Of a DNA stretch of 64,000 bases, positions 12,772 to 27,000 are shown piece after piece. The notes beneath the pieces are model-generated. The model was not told the origin of the DNA and did not search any database. It saw only the letters and a list, made by a program, of their open reading frames with translations. Each line of letters starts with the position of its first letter. Position 1 is the stretch's first letter. Both the position numbers and the translations under genes were made by a program. Where the stretch lies: NCBI RefSeq assembly GCF_006345805.1, contig NC_043009.1, forward strand, positions 24,056,001-24,120,000, read 5' to 3'. The DNA is from Octopus sinensis (Eukaryota).

Positions 12772-13642
12772 TAACTATAAATAAGGGTATCTGAGAGACA
12801 CCACCATGCCGAAATAGCAGTCAAAATCCTGACTCTAAAAACCACCTAAAATGTTCATATCGCACCATGAGATAAGACAGAGAGATAAAATAAACTAGCA
12901 AAAAGATATTACTGGATAATTCAAGATCCTGGATTTCTAGCTTTGCTTCAAATAAGCTCTGCTTTCATCAGTTGAATATACCAGATGGGCGCATAAATAC
13001 AAATATAAATATACAGAACACACGTTTTGCTTACATATACGAAAGTCCATACATACATATATATGCACGTATGTACAAGGCCAGATTCAAATTGCTCGCC
13101 AACCACAAAATAGATACCACAGTGAATATAGTGACGAATTATATAAATTTATAAATAAGGATAATATCGATATTTAAATATCGATATTATCAAGTGGCCA
13201 GCATGGGAATAAATACCATACAAAGGTAATAATTTTCTACAACTATAAATAAGGGTATCTGAGAAACACCACCGTGCCGAAATAGCAGCCAACCACCTCG
13301 TAAGCGCCGGGTGGTTGGCGGGCAATTTGAATCTGGCCTTGTACATACGTGCATATATATGTATGTATGGACGTTCGTATATGTAAGTATAACATGTGTT
13401 CTGTATATTTATATTTGTATTTATGCGCCCATCTGGTATATTCAACTGATGAAAGCAGAGCTTATTTGAAGGAAAGCTAGAAATCCAGGATCTTGAATTA
13501 TCCAGTAATATCTTTTTGCTAGTTTATTTTGTCTCTCTGTCTTATCTCATGGTGCAATATGAACATTTTTGGTGGTTTTTAGAGTTAGGGCTTTGACTGC
13601 TATTTCGGCATGGTGGTGTCTCTCAGATACCCTTATTTATAG

Positions 13643-13645
<3 letters not shown>
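12772..13645. repeat. Fold-back element 2: ~335-bp inverted arms; left side is a tandem of a ~468-bp monomer
   Basis: 12772-13105 is the reverse complement of 13311-13645; the terminal ~50 bp (actataaataagggtatctgag..) recurs directly at 13242; (TA)n on both sides. Confidence 0.92.
13440..13498 (+). ncRNA. Type I hammerhead ribozyme motif (mirror copy 12919-12977 on minus strand)
   Basis: ATTCAA-CTGATGA-[A.A, AGC/GCT, internal loop, GCTT/AAGC in the minus copy]-GAAA-TCCAGGA-TC-TTGAAT. 6-bp stem I, near-palindromic stem III, AUC triplet. Confidence 0.72.
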
Positions 13646-13709
<64 letters not shown>

Positions 13710-13720
13710 TAAACATGGAT

Positions 13721-13920
13721 TTTCAACAGACAAGATATACTAATATTAGGCAGATAAAAATATTAGAAATGAATTATAATCCTATGACCCTCACTATGTT
13801 CTATGCCAGACCAAATGGTAGTTCTTCTCTTTTATCATTCTTGTTGTAATAGTGATTGCATGAAATTCTTTCATTCTCCAGCTCTGAGAAAATTATATTA
13901 ATATATCTTGTCTGTTGAAA
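13721..13920. repeat. Small MITE-like element with 26-bp terminal inverted repeats
   Basis: tttcaacagacaagatatactaatat vs atattaatatatcttgtctgttgaaa (25/26 complementary). Confidence 0.7.
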
Positions 13921-13948
13921 GTAACTAAGTAACTAATTCAATTGAATC

Positions 13949-14001
<53 letters not shown>

Positions 14002-14150
14002 GTGAAATAGAAAGATGAATAATCTTGTAGTAGATTAATCAAAAGTTTAACCGATACCTTAGTAGCAAAAATCACAGCAGTAAACAGCACGGTTGGAGGT
14101 ACAACCATATGGTGTTGCAACCGTGCGTTGGGGCGGATAATTGAAATTAA

Positions 14151-14495
14151 AACATTATTGGTGAATTGAAGAAATGGAGCTGAACGCAGATTGAACAGAA
14201 ATCGTTTTATTTCATTCTACACGTGTTTCGAAAGGCACAAATTACCAAAATCCGATTGAATAATGGGACCATATTGTGTCTTTCTCTTCAGGAAGAAAAT
14301 AGGAAATCCGTTCTGTTCTGTTTTTGTTTTTCCAACGGATTTCCTATTTTCTTCCTGAAGAGAAAGACACAATATGGTCCCATTATTCAATCGGATTTTG
14401 GTAATTTGTGCCTTTCGAAACACGTGTAGAATGAAATAAAACGATTTCTGTTCAATCTGCGTTCAGCTCCATTTCTTCAATTCACCAATAATGTT
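14151..14495. repeat. Fold-back element 3: perfect 162-bp palindrome arms, 21-bp spacer
   Basis: 14151-14312 is the exact reverse complement of 14334-14495; the ORF track gives mirror ORFs. Confidence 0.97.
14345..14439 (+). ncRNA. Type I hammerhead ribozyme motif (mirror copy ~14207-14301 on minus strand)
   Basis: TTC-CTGAAGA-GAAAGACACAA..TTGTGCCTTTC-GAAA-CACGTG-TA-GAA. 11-bp stem II with one mismatch and G-C first pair, palindromic ACACGTGT stem III, GUA triplet. Confidence 0.85.
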
Positions 14496-14517
14496 ATATA
14501 TATATATATATATAATA

Positions 14518-14676
14518 GGCGTAAGAGTGGCTGTGTGGTAAGTAGCTTGCTTACCAACCACATAGTTCCGCGTCCAGTCCCACTGCGTGGCACCTTGGGC
14601 TAGTGTGTTCTACTATAGCCTCGGGCCGACCAAAGCCTTGTGAGTGGATTTGGTAGACGGTAAATGAAAGCCCGTC

Positions 14677-14682
<6 letters not shown>
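14518..14682 (+). mobile_element. SINE family A, head portion
   Basis: ggcgtaagagtggctgtgtggtaagtagcttgcttaccaaccacat..cagtcccactgcgtggcacc, same as 11708. Confidence 0.85.
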
Positions 14683-14734
<52 letters not shown>

Positions 14735-14740
<6 letters not shown>

Positions 14741-14935
14741 CTTTTACTACCCACAAGGGGATAAACAAGGACAGACAAACGGATTAAGGCGATTACATCG
14801 ACCCCAGTGCGTAATGGTAATTAATTTATCGACCCCGAAAGGATGAAAGGCAAAGTCCACCTCGGCGGAATTTGAACTCAGAACGTAACGGCGACGCATT
14901 TCGCCCGGCGTGCTAACGTTTTCTGCCAGCTCGCC
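14735..14935 (-). mobile_element. SINE family B
   Basis: Same body as 11140-11366. Confidence 0.8.
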
Positions 14936-14972
14936 TATATATATATATTAATATATATATATATATATATAT

Positions 14973-15046
<74 letters not shown>

Positions 15047-15072
15047 TATATTATATTATATATATATATATA

Positions 15073-18000
15073 TTGCCATATAATGAAAAACTCATTAGAA
15101 ATAGCAAAGCTAAAGAAATTTCTTCAGCTATTTCTAATACTTAAAGAAGATCTCTCTCAGATAGTGTTTGCCTAAACTAACTCACAAAAGTATGGGGAAA
15201 AAACATTAAAAAAATCAAGTGCAAAGGTTATTTGAGAACGTACGTTTCTAGATTAGTCAATTCGACATTTCTTTCTTCAGCTCAGAATTCCTTGAATCGG
15301 ATTTGGGAACACTGAAAGTCGGGAGCATACCCTTTCGGCTTCTAATCACCTCTAGAATTCTGCTCGAACTAAAAGTGCTATCAAATTCGAATATGCAAGC
15401 GAAGAAATTCTGCTCTCCCCTTTCCACCAGCGTGGGTTAAATTGACAAACACCATGTATTAACGGTGAAAACCGCAGCATTTTACAGAGAAAGATGAATT
15501 ATAATTTCAACAATTGAGGGTAAAATTAATTAATTATTAATCAATTTCACCAAGTATTCAGTATGTAAAGGGACCATTATAGGCGAATTCAAAATATTAC
15601 ATTATATATAAGGGCTTAGTAAAATAAATTACTTTGCCACATACTGAACTCATTAGAAATAGCAGCTAAAGAAATTTCTTCAGCTATTTCTAATACTTAA
15701 AGAAGATCTCTCTCAGATAGTGTTTGCCTAAACTAACTCACAAAAGTATGGGGGAAAAAACATAAAAAATCAAGTGCAAAGGTTATTTGAGAACGTACGT
15801 TTCTAGATTAGTCAATTCGACATTTCTTTCTTCAGCTCAATTCCTTGAATCGGATTTGGGAACACTGAAAGTCGGGAGCATACCCTTTCGGCTTCTAATC
15901 ACCTCTAGAATTCTGCTCGAACTAAAAGTGCTATCAAATTCGAATATGCAAGCGAAGAATTTCTGCTCTCCCCTTTCCACCAGCGTGGGTTAAAATTGAC
16001 AAACACCATGTATTAACGGTGAAAACCGCAGCATTTTACAGAGAAAGATGAATTATAATTTCAACATTGAGGGTAAAATTAATTAATTATTAATCAATTT
16101 CACCAAGTATTCAGTATGTAAAGGGACCATTATAGGCGAATTCAAAAAATTACATTATATATAAGGGCTTAGTAAAATAAATTACTTTGCCACATACTGA
16201 ACTCATTAGAAATAGCAGCTAAAGAAATTTCTTCAGCTATTTCTAATACTTAAAGAAGATCTCTCTCAGATAGTGTTTGCCTAAACTAACTCACAAAAGT
16301 ATGGGGGAAAAAACATTAAAAAATCAAGTGCAAAGGTTATTTGAGAACGTACGTTTCTAGATTAGTCAATTCGACATTTCTTTCTTCAGCTCAGAATTCC
16401 TTGAATCGGATTTGGGAACACTGAAAGTCGGGAGCATACCCTTTCGGCTTCTAATCACCTCTAGAATTCTGCTCGAACTAAAAGTGCTATCAAATTCGAA
16501 TATGCAAGCGAAGAATTTCTGCTCTCCCCTTTCCACCAGCGTGGGTTAAAATTGACAAACACCATGTATTAACGGTGAAAACCGCAGCATTTTACAGAGA
16601 AAGATGAATTATAATTTCAACAATTGAGGGTAAAATTAATTAATTATTAATCAATTTCACCAAGTATTCAGTATGTAAAGGGACCATTATAGGCGAATTC
16701 AAAATATTACATTATATATAAGGGCTTAGTAAAATAAATTACTTTGCCACATACTGAACTCATTAGAAATAGCAGCTAAAGAAATTTCTTCAGCTATTTC
16801 TAATACTTAAAGAAGATCTCTCTCAGATAGTGTTTGCCTAAACTAACTCACAAAAGTATGGGGGAAAAAACATTAAAAAATCAAGTGCAAAGGTTATTTG
16901 AGAACGTACGTTTCTAGATTAGTCAATTCGACATTTCTTTCTTCAGCTCAGAATTCCTTGAATCGGATTTGGGAACACTGAAAGTCGGGCATACCCTTTC
17001 GGCTTCTAATCACCTCTAGAATTCTGCTCGAACTAAAAGTGCTATCAAATTCGAATATGCAAGCGAAGAATTTCTGCTCTCCCCTTTCCACCAGCGTGGG
17101 TTAAAATTGACAAACACCATGTATTAACGGTGAAAACCGCAGCATTTTACAGAGAAAGATGAATTATAATTTCAACAATTGAGGGTAAAATTAATTAAAT
17201 TATTAATCAATTTCACCAAGTATTCAGTATGTAAAGGGACCATTATAGGCGAATTCAAAATATTACAATATATAAGGGCTTAGTAAAATAAATTACTTTG
17301 CCACATACTGAACTCATTAGAAATAGCAGCTAAAGAAATTTCTTCAGCTATTTCTAATACTTAAAGAAGATCTCTCTCAGATAGTGTTTGCCTAAACTAA
17401 CTCACAAAAGTATGGGGGAAAAAACATTAAAAAATCAAGTGCAAAGGTTATTTGAGAACGTACGTTTCTAGATTAGTCAATTCGACATTTCTTTCTTCAG
17501 CTCAGAATTCCTTGAATCGGATTTGGGAACACTGAAAGTCGGGAGCATACCCTTTCGGCTTCTAATCACCTCTAGAATTCTGCTCGAACTAAAAGTGCTA
17601 TCAAATTCGAATATGCAAGCGAAGAATTTCTGCTCTCCCCTTTCCACCAGCGTGGGTTAAAATTGACAAACACCATGTATTAACGGTGAAAACCGCAGCA
17701 TTTTACAGAGAAAGATGAATTATAATTTCAACAATTGAGGGTAAAATAATTAATTATTAATCAATTTCACCAAGTATTCAGTATGTAAAGGGACCATTAT
17801 AGGCGAATTCAAAATATTACATTATATATAAGGGCTTAGTAAAATAAATTACTTTGCCACATACTGAACTCATTAGAAATAGCAGCTAAAGAAATTTCTT
17901 CAGCTATTTCTAATACTTAAAGAAGATCTCTCTCAGATAGTGTTTGCCTAAACTAACTCACAAAAGTATGGGGGAAAAAAACATTAAAAAATCAAGTGCA

Positions 18001-21000
18001 AAGGTTATTTGAGAACGTACGTTTCTAGATTAGTCAATTCGACATTTCTTTCTTCAGCTCAGAATTCCTTGAATCGGATTTGGGAACACTGAAAGTCGGG
18101 AGCATACCCTTTCGGCTTCTAATCACCTCTAGAATTCTGCTCGAACTAAAAGTGCTATCAAATTCGAATATGCAAGCGAAGAATTTCTGCTCTCCCCTTT
18201 CCACCAGCGTGGGTTAAAATTGACAAACACCATGTATTAACGGTGAAAACCGCAGCATTTTACAGAGAAAGATGAATTATAATTTCAACAATTGAGGGTA
18301 AAATTAATTAATTATTAATCAATTTCACCAAGTATTCAGTATGTAAAGGGACCATTATAGGCGAATTCAAAATATTACATTATATATAAGGGCTTAGTAA
18401 AATAAATTACTTTGCCACATACTGAACTCATTAGAAATAGCAGCTAAAGAAATTTCTTCAGCTATTTCTAATACTTAAAGAAGATCTCTCTCAGATAGTG
18501 TTTGCCTAAACTAACTCACAAAAGTATGGGGGAAAAAACATTAAAAAATCAAGTGCAAAGGTTATTTGAGAACGTACGTTTCTAGATTAGTCAATTCGAC
18601 ATTTCTTTCTTCAGCTCAGAATTCCTTGAATCGGATTTGGGAACACTGAAAGTCGGGAGCATACCCTTTCGGCTTCTAATCACCTCTAGAATTCTGCTCG
18701 AACTAAAAGTGCTATCAAATTCGAATATGCAAGCGAAGAATTTCTGCTCTCCCCTTTCCACCAGCGTGGGTAAAATTGACAAACACCATGTATTAACGGT
18801 GAAAACCGCAGCATTTTACAGAGAAAGATGAATTATAATTTCAACAATTGAGGGTAAAATTAATTAATTATTAATCAATTTCACCAAGTATTCAGTATGT
18901 AAAGGGACCATTATAGGCGAATTCAAAATATTACATTATATATAAGGGCTTAGTAAAATAAATTACTTTGCCACATACTGAACTCATTAGAAATAGCAGC
19001 TAAAGAAATTTCTTCAGCTATTTCTAATACTTAAAGAAGATCTCTCTCAGATAGTGTTGCCTAAACTAACTCACAAAAGTATGGGGGAAAAAACATTAAA
19101 AAATCAAGTGCAAGGTTATTGAGAACGTACGTTTCTAGATTAGTCAATTCGACATTTCTTTCTCAGCTCAGAATTCCTTGAATCGGATTTGGGAACACTG
19201 AAAGTCGGGAGCATACCCTTTCGGCTTCTAATCACCTCTAGAATTCTGCTCGAACTAAAAGTGCTATCAAATTCGAATATGCAAGCGAAGAATTTCTGCT
19301 CTCCCCTTTCCACCAGCGTGGGTTAAAATTGACAAACACCATGTATTAACGGTGAAAACCGCAGCATTTTACAGAGAAAGATGAATTATAATTTCAACAA
19401 TTGAGGGTAAAATTAATTAATTATTAATCAATTTCACCAAGTATTCAGTATGTAAAGGGACCATTATAGGCGAATTCAAAATATTACATTATATATAAGG
19501 GCTTAGTAAAATAAATTACTTTGCCACATACTGAACTCATTAGAAATAGCAGCTAAAGAAATTTCTTCAGCTATTTCTAATACTTAAAGAAGATCTCTCT
19601 CAGATAGTGTTTGCCTAAACTAACTCACAAAAGTATGGGGGAAAAAACATTAAAAAATCAAGTGCAAAGGTTATTTGAGAACGTACGTTTCTAGATTAGT
19701 CAATTCGACATTTCTTTCTTCAGCTCAGAATTCCTTGAATCGGATTTGGGAACACTGAAAGTCGGGAGCATACCCTTTCGGCTTCTAATCACCTCTAGAA
19801 TTCTGCTCGAACTAAAAGTGCTATCAAATTCGAATATGCAAGCGAAGAATTTCTGCTCTCCCCTTTCCACCAGCGTGGGTTAAAATTGACAAACACCATG
19901 TATTAACGGTGAAAACCGCAGCATTTTACAGAGAAAGATGAATTATAATTTCAACAATTGAGGGTAAAATTAATTAATTATTAATCAATTTCACCAAGTA
20001 TTCAGTATGTAAAGGGACCATTATAGGCGAATTCAAAATATTACATTATATATAAGGGCTTAGTAAAATAAATTACTTTGCCACATACTGAACTCATTAG
20101 AAATAGCAGCTAAAGAAATTTCTTCAGCTATTTCTAATACTTAAAGAAGATCTCTCTCAGATAGTGTTTGCCTAAACTAACTCACAAAAGTATGGGGGAA
20201 AAAACATTAAAAAATCAAGTGCAAAGGTTATTTGAGAACGTACGTTTCTAGATTAGTCAATTCGACATTTCTTCTTCAGCTCAGAATTCCTTGAATCGGA
20301 TTTGGGAACACTGAAAGTCGGGAGCATACCCTTTCGGCTTCTAATCACCTCTAGAATTCTGCTCGAACTAAAAGTGCTATCAAATTCGAATATGCAAGCG
20401 AAGAATTTCTGCTCTCCCCTTTCCACCAGCGTGGGTTAAAATTGACAAACACCATGTATTAACGGTGAAAACCGCAGCATTTTACAGAGAAAGATGAATT
20501 ATAATTTCAACAATTGAGGGTAAAATTAATTAATTATTAATCAATTTCACCAAGTATTCAGTATGTAAGGGACCATTATAGGCGAATTCAAAATATTACA
20601 TTATATATAAGGGCTTAGTAAAATAAATTACTTTGCCACACTGAACTCATTAGAAATAGCAGCTAAAGAAATTTCTTCAGCTATTTCTAATACTTAAAGA
20701 AGATCTCTCTCAGATAGTGTTTGCCTAAACTAACTCACAAAAGTATGGGGGAAAAAACATTAAAAAATCAAGTGCAAAGGTTATTTGAGAACGTACGTTT
20801 CTAGATTAGTCAATTCGACATTTCTTTCTTCAGCTCAGAATTCCTTGAATCGGATTTGGGAACACTGAAAGTCGGGAGCATACCCTTTCGGCTTCTAATC
20901 ACCTCTAGAATTCTGCTCGAACTAAAAGTGCTATCAAATTCGAATATGCAAGCGAAGAATTTCTGCTCTCCCCTTTCCACCAGCGTGGGTTAAAATTGAC

Positions 21001-24000
21001 AAACACCATGTATTAACGGTGAAAACCGCAGCATTTTACAGAGAAAGATGAATTATAATTTCAACAATTGAGGGTAAAATTAATTAATTATTAATCAATT
21101 TCACCAAGTATTCAGTATGTAAAGGGACCATTATAGGCGAATTCAAAATATTACATTATAATAAGGGCTTAGTAAAATAAATTACTTTGCCACATACTGA
21201 ACTCATTAGAAATAGCAGCTAAAGAAATTTCTTCAGCTATTTCTAATACTTAAAGAAGATCTCTCTCAGATAGTGTTTGCCTAAACTAACTCACAAAAGT
21301 ATGGGGAAAAAACATTAAAAAATCAAGTGCAAAGGTTATTTGAGAACGTACGTTTCTAGATTAGTCAATTCGACATTTCTTTCTTCAGCTCAGAATTCCT
21401 TGAATCGGATTTGGGAACACTGAAAGTCGGGAGCATACCCTTTCGGCTTCTAATCACCTCTAGAATTCTGCTCGAACTAAAAGTGCTATCAAATTCGAAT
21501 ATGCAAGCGAAGAATTTCTGCTCTCCCCTTTCCACCAGCGTGGGTTAAAATTGACAAACACCATGTATTAACGGTGAAAACCGCAGCATTTTACAGAGAA
21601 AGATGAATTATAATTTCAACAATTGAGGGTAAAATTAATTAATTATTAATCAATTTCACCAAGTATTCAGTATGTAAAGGGACCATTATAGGCGAATTCA
21701 AATATTACATTATATATAAGGGCTTAGTAAAATAAATTACTTTGCCACATACTGAACTCATTAGAAATAGCAGCTAAAGAAATTTCTTCAGCTATTTCTA
21801 ATACTTAAAGAAGATCTCTCTCAGATAGTGTTTGCCTAAACTAACTCACAAAAGTATGGGGGAAAAAACATTAAAAAATCAAGTGCAAAGGTTATTTGAG
21901 AACGTACGTTTCTAGATTAGTCAATTCGACATTTCTTTCTTCAGCTCAGAATTCCTTGAATCGGATTTGGGAACACTGAAAGTCGGGAGCATACCCTTTC
22001 GGCTTCTAATCACCTCTAGAATTCTGCTCGAACTAAAAGTGCTATCATCAATTCGAATATGCAAGCGAAGAATTTCTGCTCTCCCCTTTCCACCAGCGTG
22101 GGTTAAAATTGACAAACACCATGTATTAACGGTGAAAACCGCAGCATTTTACAGAGAAAGATGAATTATAATTTCAACAATTGAGGGTAAAATTAATTAA
22201 TTATTAATCAATTTCACCAAGTATTCAGTATGTAAAGGGACCATTATAGGCGAATTCAAAATATTACATTATATATAAGGGCTTAGTAAAATAAATTACT
22301 TTGCCACATACTGAACTCATTAGAAATAGCAGCTAAAGAAATTTCTTCAGCTATTTCTAATACTTAAAGAAGATCTCTCTCAGATAGTGTTTGCCTAAAC
22401 TAACTCACAAAAGTATGGGGGAAAAAACATTAAAAAATCAAGTGCAAAGGTTATTTGAGAACGTACGTTTCTAGATTAGTCAATTCGACATTTCTTTCTT
22501 CAGCTCAGAATTCCTTGAATCGGATTTGGGAACACTGAAAGTCGGGAGCATACCCTTTCGGCTTCTAATCACCTCTAGAATTCTGCTCGAACTAAAAGTG
22601 CTATCAAATTCGAATATGCAAGCGAAGAATTTCTGCTCTCCCCTTTCCACCAGCGTGGGTTAAAATTGACAAACACCATGTATTAACGGTGAAAACCGCA
22701 GCATTTTACAGAGAAAGATGAATTATAATTTCAACAATTGAGGGTAAAATTAATTAATTATTAATCAATTTCACCAAGTATTCAGTATGTAAAGGGACCA
22801 TTATAGGCGAATTCAAAATATTACATTATATATAAGGGCTTAGTAAAATAAATTACTTTGCCACATACTGAACTCATTAGAAATAGCAGCTAAAGAAATT
22901 TCTTCAGCTATTTCTAATACTTAAAGAAGATCTCTCTCAGATAGTGTTTGCCTAAACTAACTCACAAAAGTATGGGGGAAAAAACATTAAAAAATCAAGT
23001 GCAAAGGTTATTTGAGAACGTACGTTTCTAGATTAGTCAATTCGACATTTCTTTCTTCAGCTCAGAATTCCTTGAATCGGATTTGGGAACACTGAAAGTC
23101 GGGAGCATACCCTTTCGGCTTCTAATCACCTCTAGAATTCTGCTCGAACTAAAAGTGCTATCAAATTCGAATATGCAAGCGAAGAATTTCTGCTCTCCCT
23201 TTCCACCAGCGTGGGTTAAAATTGACAAACACCATGTATTAACGGTGAAAACCGCAGCATTTTACAGAGAAAGATGAATTATAATTTCAACAATTGAGGG
23301 TAAAATTAATTAATTATTAATCAATTTCACCAAGTATTCAGTATGTAAAGGGACCATTATAGGCGAATTCAAAATATTACATTATATATAAGGGCTTAGT
23401 AAAATAAATTACTTTGCCACATACTGAACTCCTTAGAAATAGCAGCTAAAGAAATTTCTTCAGCTATTTCTAATACTTAAAGAAGATCTCTCTCAGATAG
23501 TGTTTGCCTAAACTAACTCACAAAAGTATAGGGGGAAAAAACATTAAAAATCAAGTGCAAAGGTTATTTGAGAACGTACGTTTCTAGATTAGTCAATTCG
23601 ACATTTCTTTCTTCAGCTCAGAATTCCTTGAATCGGATTTGGGAACACTGAAAGTCGGGAGCATACCCTTTCGGCTTCTAATCACCTCTAGAATTCTGCT
23701 CGAACTAAAAGTGCTATCAAATTCGAATATGCAAGCGAAGAATTTCTGCTCTCCCCTTTCCACCAGCGTGGTTAAAATTGACAAACACCATGTATTAACG
23801 GTGAAAACCGCAGCATTTTACAGAGAAAGATGAATTATAATTTCAACAATTGAGGGTAAAATTAATTAATTATTAATCAATTTCACCAAGTATTCAGTAT
23901 GTAAAGGGACCATTATAGGCGAATTCAATATTACATTATATATAAGGGCTTAGTAAAATAAATTACTTTGCCACATACTGAACTCATTAGAAATAGCAGC

Positions 24001-27000
24001 TAAAGAAATTTCTTCAGCTATTTCTAATACTTAAAGAAGATCTCTCTCAGATAGTGTTTGCCTAAACTAACTCACAAAAGTATGGGGGAAAAAACATTAA
24101 AAAATCAAGTGCAAAGGTTATTTGAGAACGTACGTTTCTAGATTAGTCAATTCGACATTTCTTTCTTCAGCTCAGAATTCCTTGAATCGGATTTGGGAAC
24201 ACTGAAAGTCGGGAGCATACCCTTTCGGCTTCTAATCACCTCTAGAATTCTGCTCGAACTAAAAGTGCTATCAAATTCGAATATGCAAGCGAAGAATTTC
24301 TGCTCTCCCTTTCCACCAGCGTGGGTTAAAATTGACAAACACCATGTATTAACGGTGAAAACCGCAGCATTTTACAGAGAAAGATGAATTATAATTTCAA
24401 CAATTGAGGGTAAAATTAATTAATTATTAATCAATTTCACCAAGTATTCAGTATGTAAAGGGACCATTATAGGCGAATTCAAAATATTACATTATATATA
24501 AGGGCTTAGTAAAATAAATTACTTTGCCACATACTGAACTCATTAGAAATAGCAGCTAAAGAAATTTCTTCAGCTATTTCTAATACTTAAAGAAGATCTC
24601 TCTCAGATAGTGTTTGCCTAAACTAACTCACAAAAGTATGGGGGAAAAACATTAAAAAATCAAGTGCAAAGGTTATTTGAGAACGTACGTTTCTAGATTA
24701 GTCAATTCGACATTTCTTTCTTCAGCTCAGAATTCCTTGAATCGGATTTGGGAACACTGAAAGTCGGGAGCATACCCTTTCGGCTTCTAATCACCTCTAG
24801 AATTCTGCTCGAACTAAAAGTGCTATCAAATTCGAATATGCAAGCGAAGAATTTCTGCTCTCCCCTTTCCACCAGCGTGGGTTAAATTGACAAACACCAT
24901 GTATTAACGGTGAAAACCGCAGCATTTTACAGAGAAAGATGAATTATAATTTCAACAATTGAGGGTAAAATTAATTAATTATTAATCAATTTCACCAAGT
25001 ATTCAGTATGTAAAGGGACCATTATAGGCGAATTCAAAATATTACATTATATATAAGGGCTTAGTAAAATAAATTACTTTGCCACATACTGAACTCATTA
25101 GAAATAGCAGCTAAAGAATTTCTTCAGCTATTTCTAATACTTAAAGAAGATCTCTCTCAGATAGTGTTTGCCTAAACTAACTCACAAAAGTATGGGGGAA
25201 AAAACATTAAAAAATCAAGTGCAAAGGTTATTTGAGAACGTACGTTTCTAGATTAGTCAATTCGACATTTCTTTCTTCAGCTCAGAATTCCTTGAATCGG
25301 ATTTGGGAACACTGAAAGTCGGGAGCATACCCTTTCGGCTTCTAATCACCTCTAGAATTCTGCTCGAACTAAAAGTGCTATCAAATTCGAATATGCAAGC
25401 GAAGAATTTCTGCTCTCCCCTTTCCACCAGCGTGGGTTAAAATTGACAAACACATGTATTAACGGTGTGAAAACCGCAGCATTTTACAGAGAAAGATGAA
25501 TTATAATTTCAACAATTGAGGGTAAAATTAATTAATTATTAATCAATTTCACCAAGTATTCAGTATGTAAAGGGACCATTATAGGCGAATCAAAATATTA
25601 CATTATATATAAGGGCTTAGTAAAATAAATTACTTTGCCACATACTGAACTCATTAGAAATAGCAGCTAAAGAAATTTCTTCAGCTATTTAATACTTAAA
25701 GAAGATCTCTCTCAGATAGTGTTTGCCTAAACTAACTCACAAAGTATGGGGGAAAAAAATTAAAAAATCAAGTGCAAAGGTTATTTGAGAACGTACGTTT
25801 CTAGATTAGTCAATTCGACATTTCTTTCTTCAGCTCAGAATTCCTTGAATCGGATTTGGGAACACTGAAAGTCGGGAGCATACCCTTTCGGCTTCTAATC
25901 ACCTCTAGAATTCTGCTCGAACTAAAAGTGCTATCAAATTCGAATATGCAAGCGAAGAATTTCTGCTCTCCCCTTTCCACCAGCGTGGGTTAAAATTGAC
26001 AAACACCATGTATTAACGGTGAAAACCGCAGCATTTTACAGAGAAAGATGAATTATAATTTCAACAATTGAGGGTAAAATTAATTAATTATTAATCAATT
26101 TCACCAAGTATTCAGTATGTAAAGGGACCATTATAGGCGAATTCAAAATATTACATTATATATAAGGGCTTAGTAAAATAAATTACTTTGCCACATACTG
26201 AACTCATTAGAAATAGCAGCTAAAGAAATTTCTTCAGCTATTCTAATACTTACTTAAGAAGATCTCTCTCAGATAGTGTTTGCCTAAACTAACTCACAAA
26301 AGTATGGGGGAAAAAACATTAAAAAATCAAGTGCAAAGGTTATTTGAGAACGTACGTTTCTAGATTAGTCAATTCGACATTTCTTTCTTCAGCTCAGAAT
26401 TCCTTGAATCGGATTTGGGAACACTGAAAGTCGGGAGCATACCCTTTCGGCTTCTAATCACCTCTAGAATTCTGCTCGAACTAAAAGTGCTATCAAATTC
26501 GAATATGCAAGCGAAGAATTTCTGCTCTCCTCTTTCCACCAGCGTGGGTTAAAATTGACAAACACCATGTATTAACGGTGAAAACCGCAGCATTTTACAG
26601 AGAAAGATGAATTATAATTTCAACAATTGAGGGTAAAATTAATTAATTATTAATCAATTTCACCAAGTATTCAGTATGTAAAGGGACCATATAGGCGAAT
26701 TCAAAATATTACATTATATATAAGGGCTTAGTAAAATAAATTACTTTGCCACATACTGAACTCATTAGAAATAGCAGCTAAGAAATTTCTTCAGCTATTT
26801 CTAATACTTAAAGAAGATCTCTCTCAGATAGTGTTTGCCTAAACTAACTCACAAAAGTATGGGGGAAAAAACATTAAAAAATCAAGTGCAAAGGTTATTT
26901 GAGAACGTACGTTTCTAGATTAGTCAATTCGACATTTCTTTCTTCAGCTCAGAATTCCTTGAATCGGATTTGGGAACACTGAAAGTCGGGAGCATACCCT

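Noticed and set aside
15095-15140. Second CTGAAGA (minus strand) inside the 12-bp hairpin attagaaatagc/gctatttctaat of each unit
   Set aside because: No stem II-GAAA-stem III-UH follows it, so it is not a hammerhead; recorded only as a hairpin.
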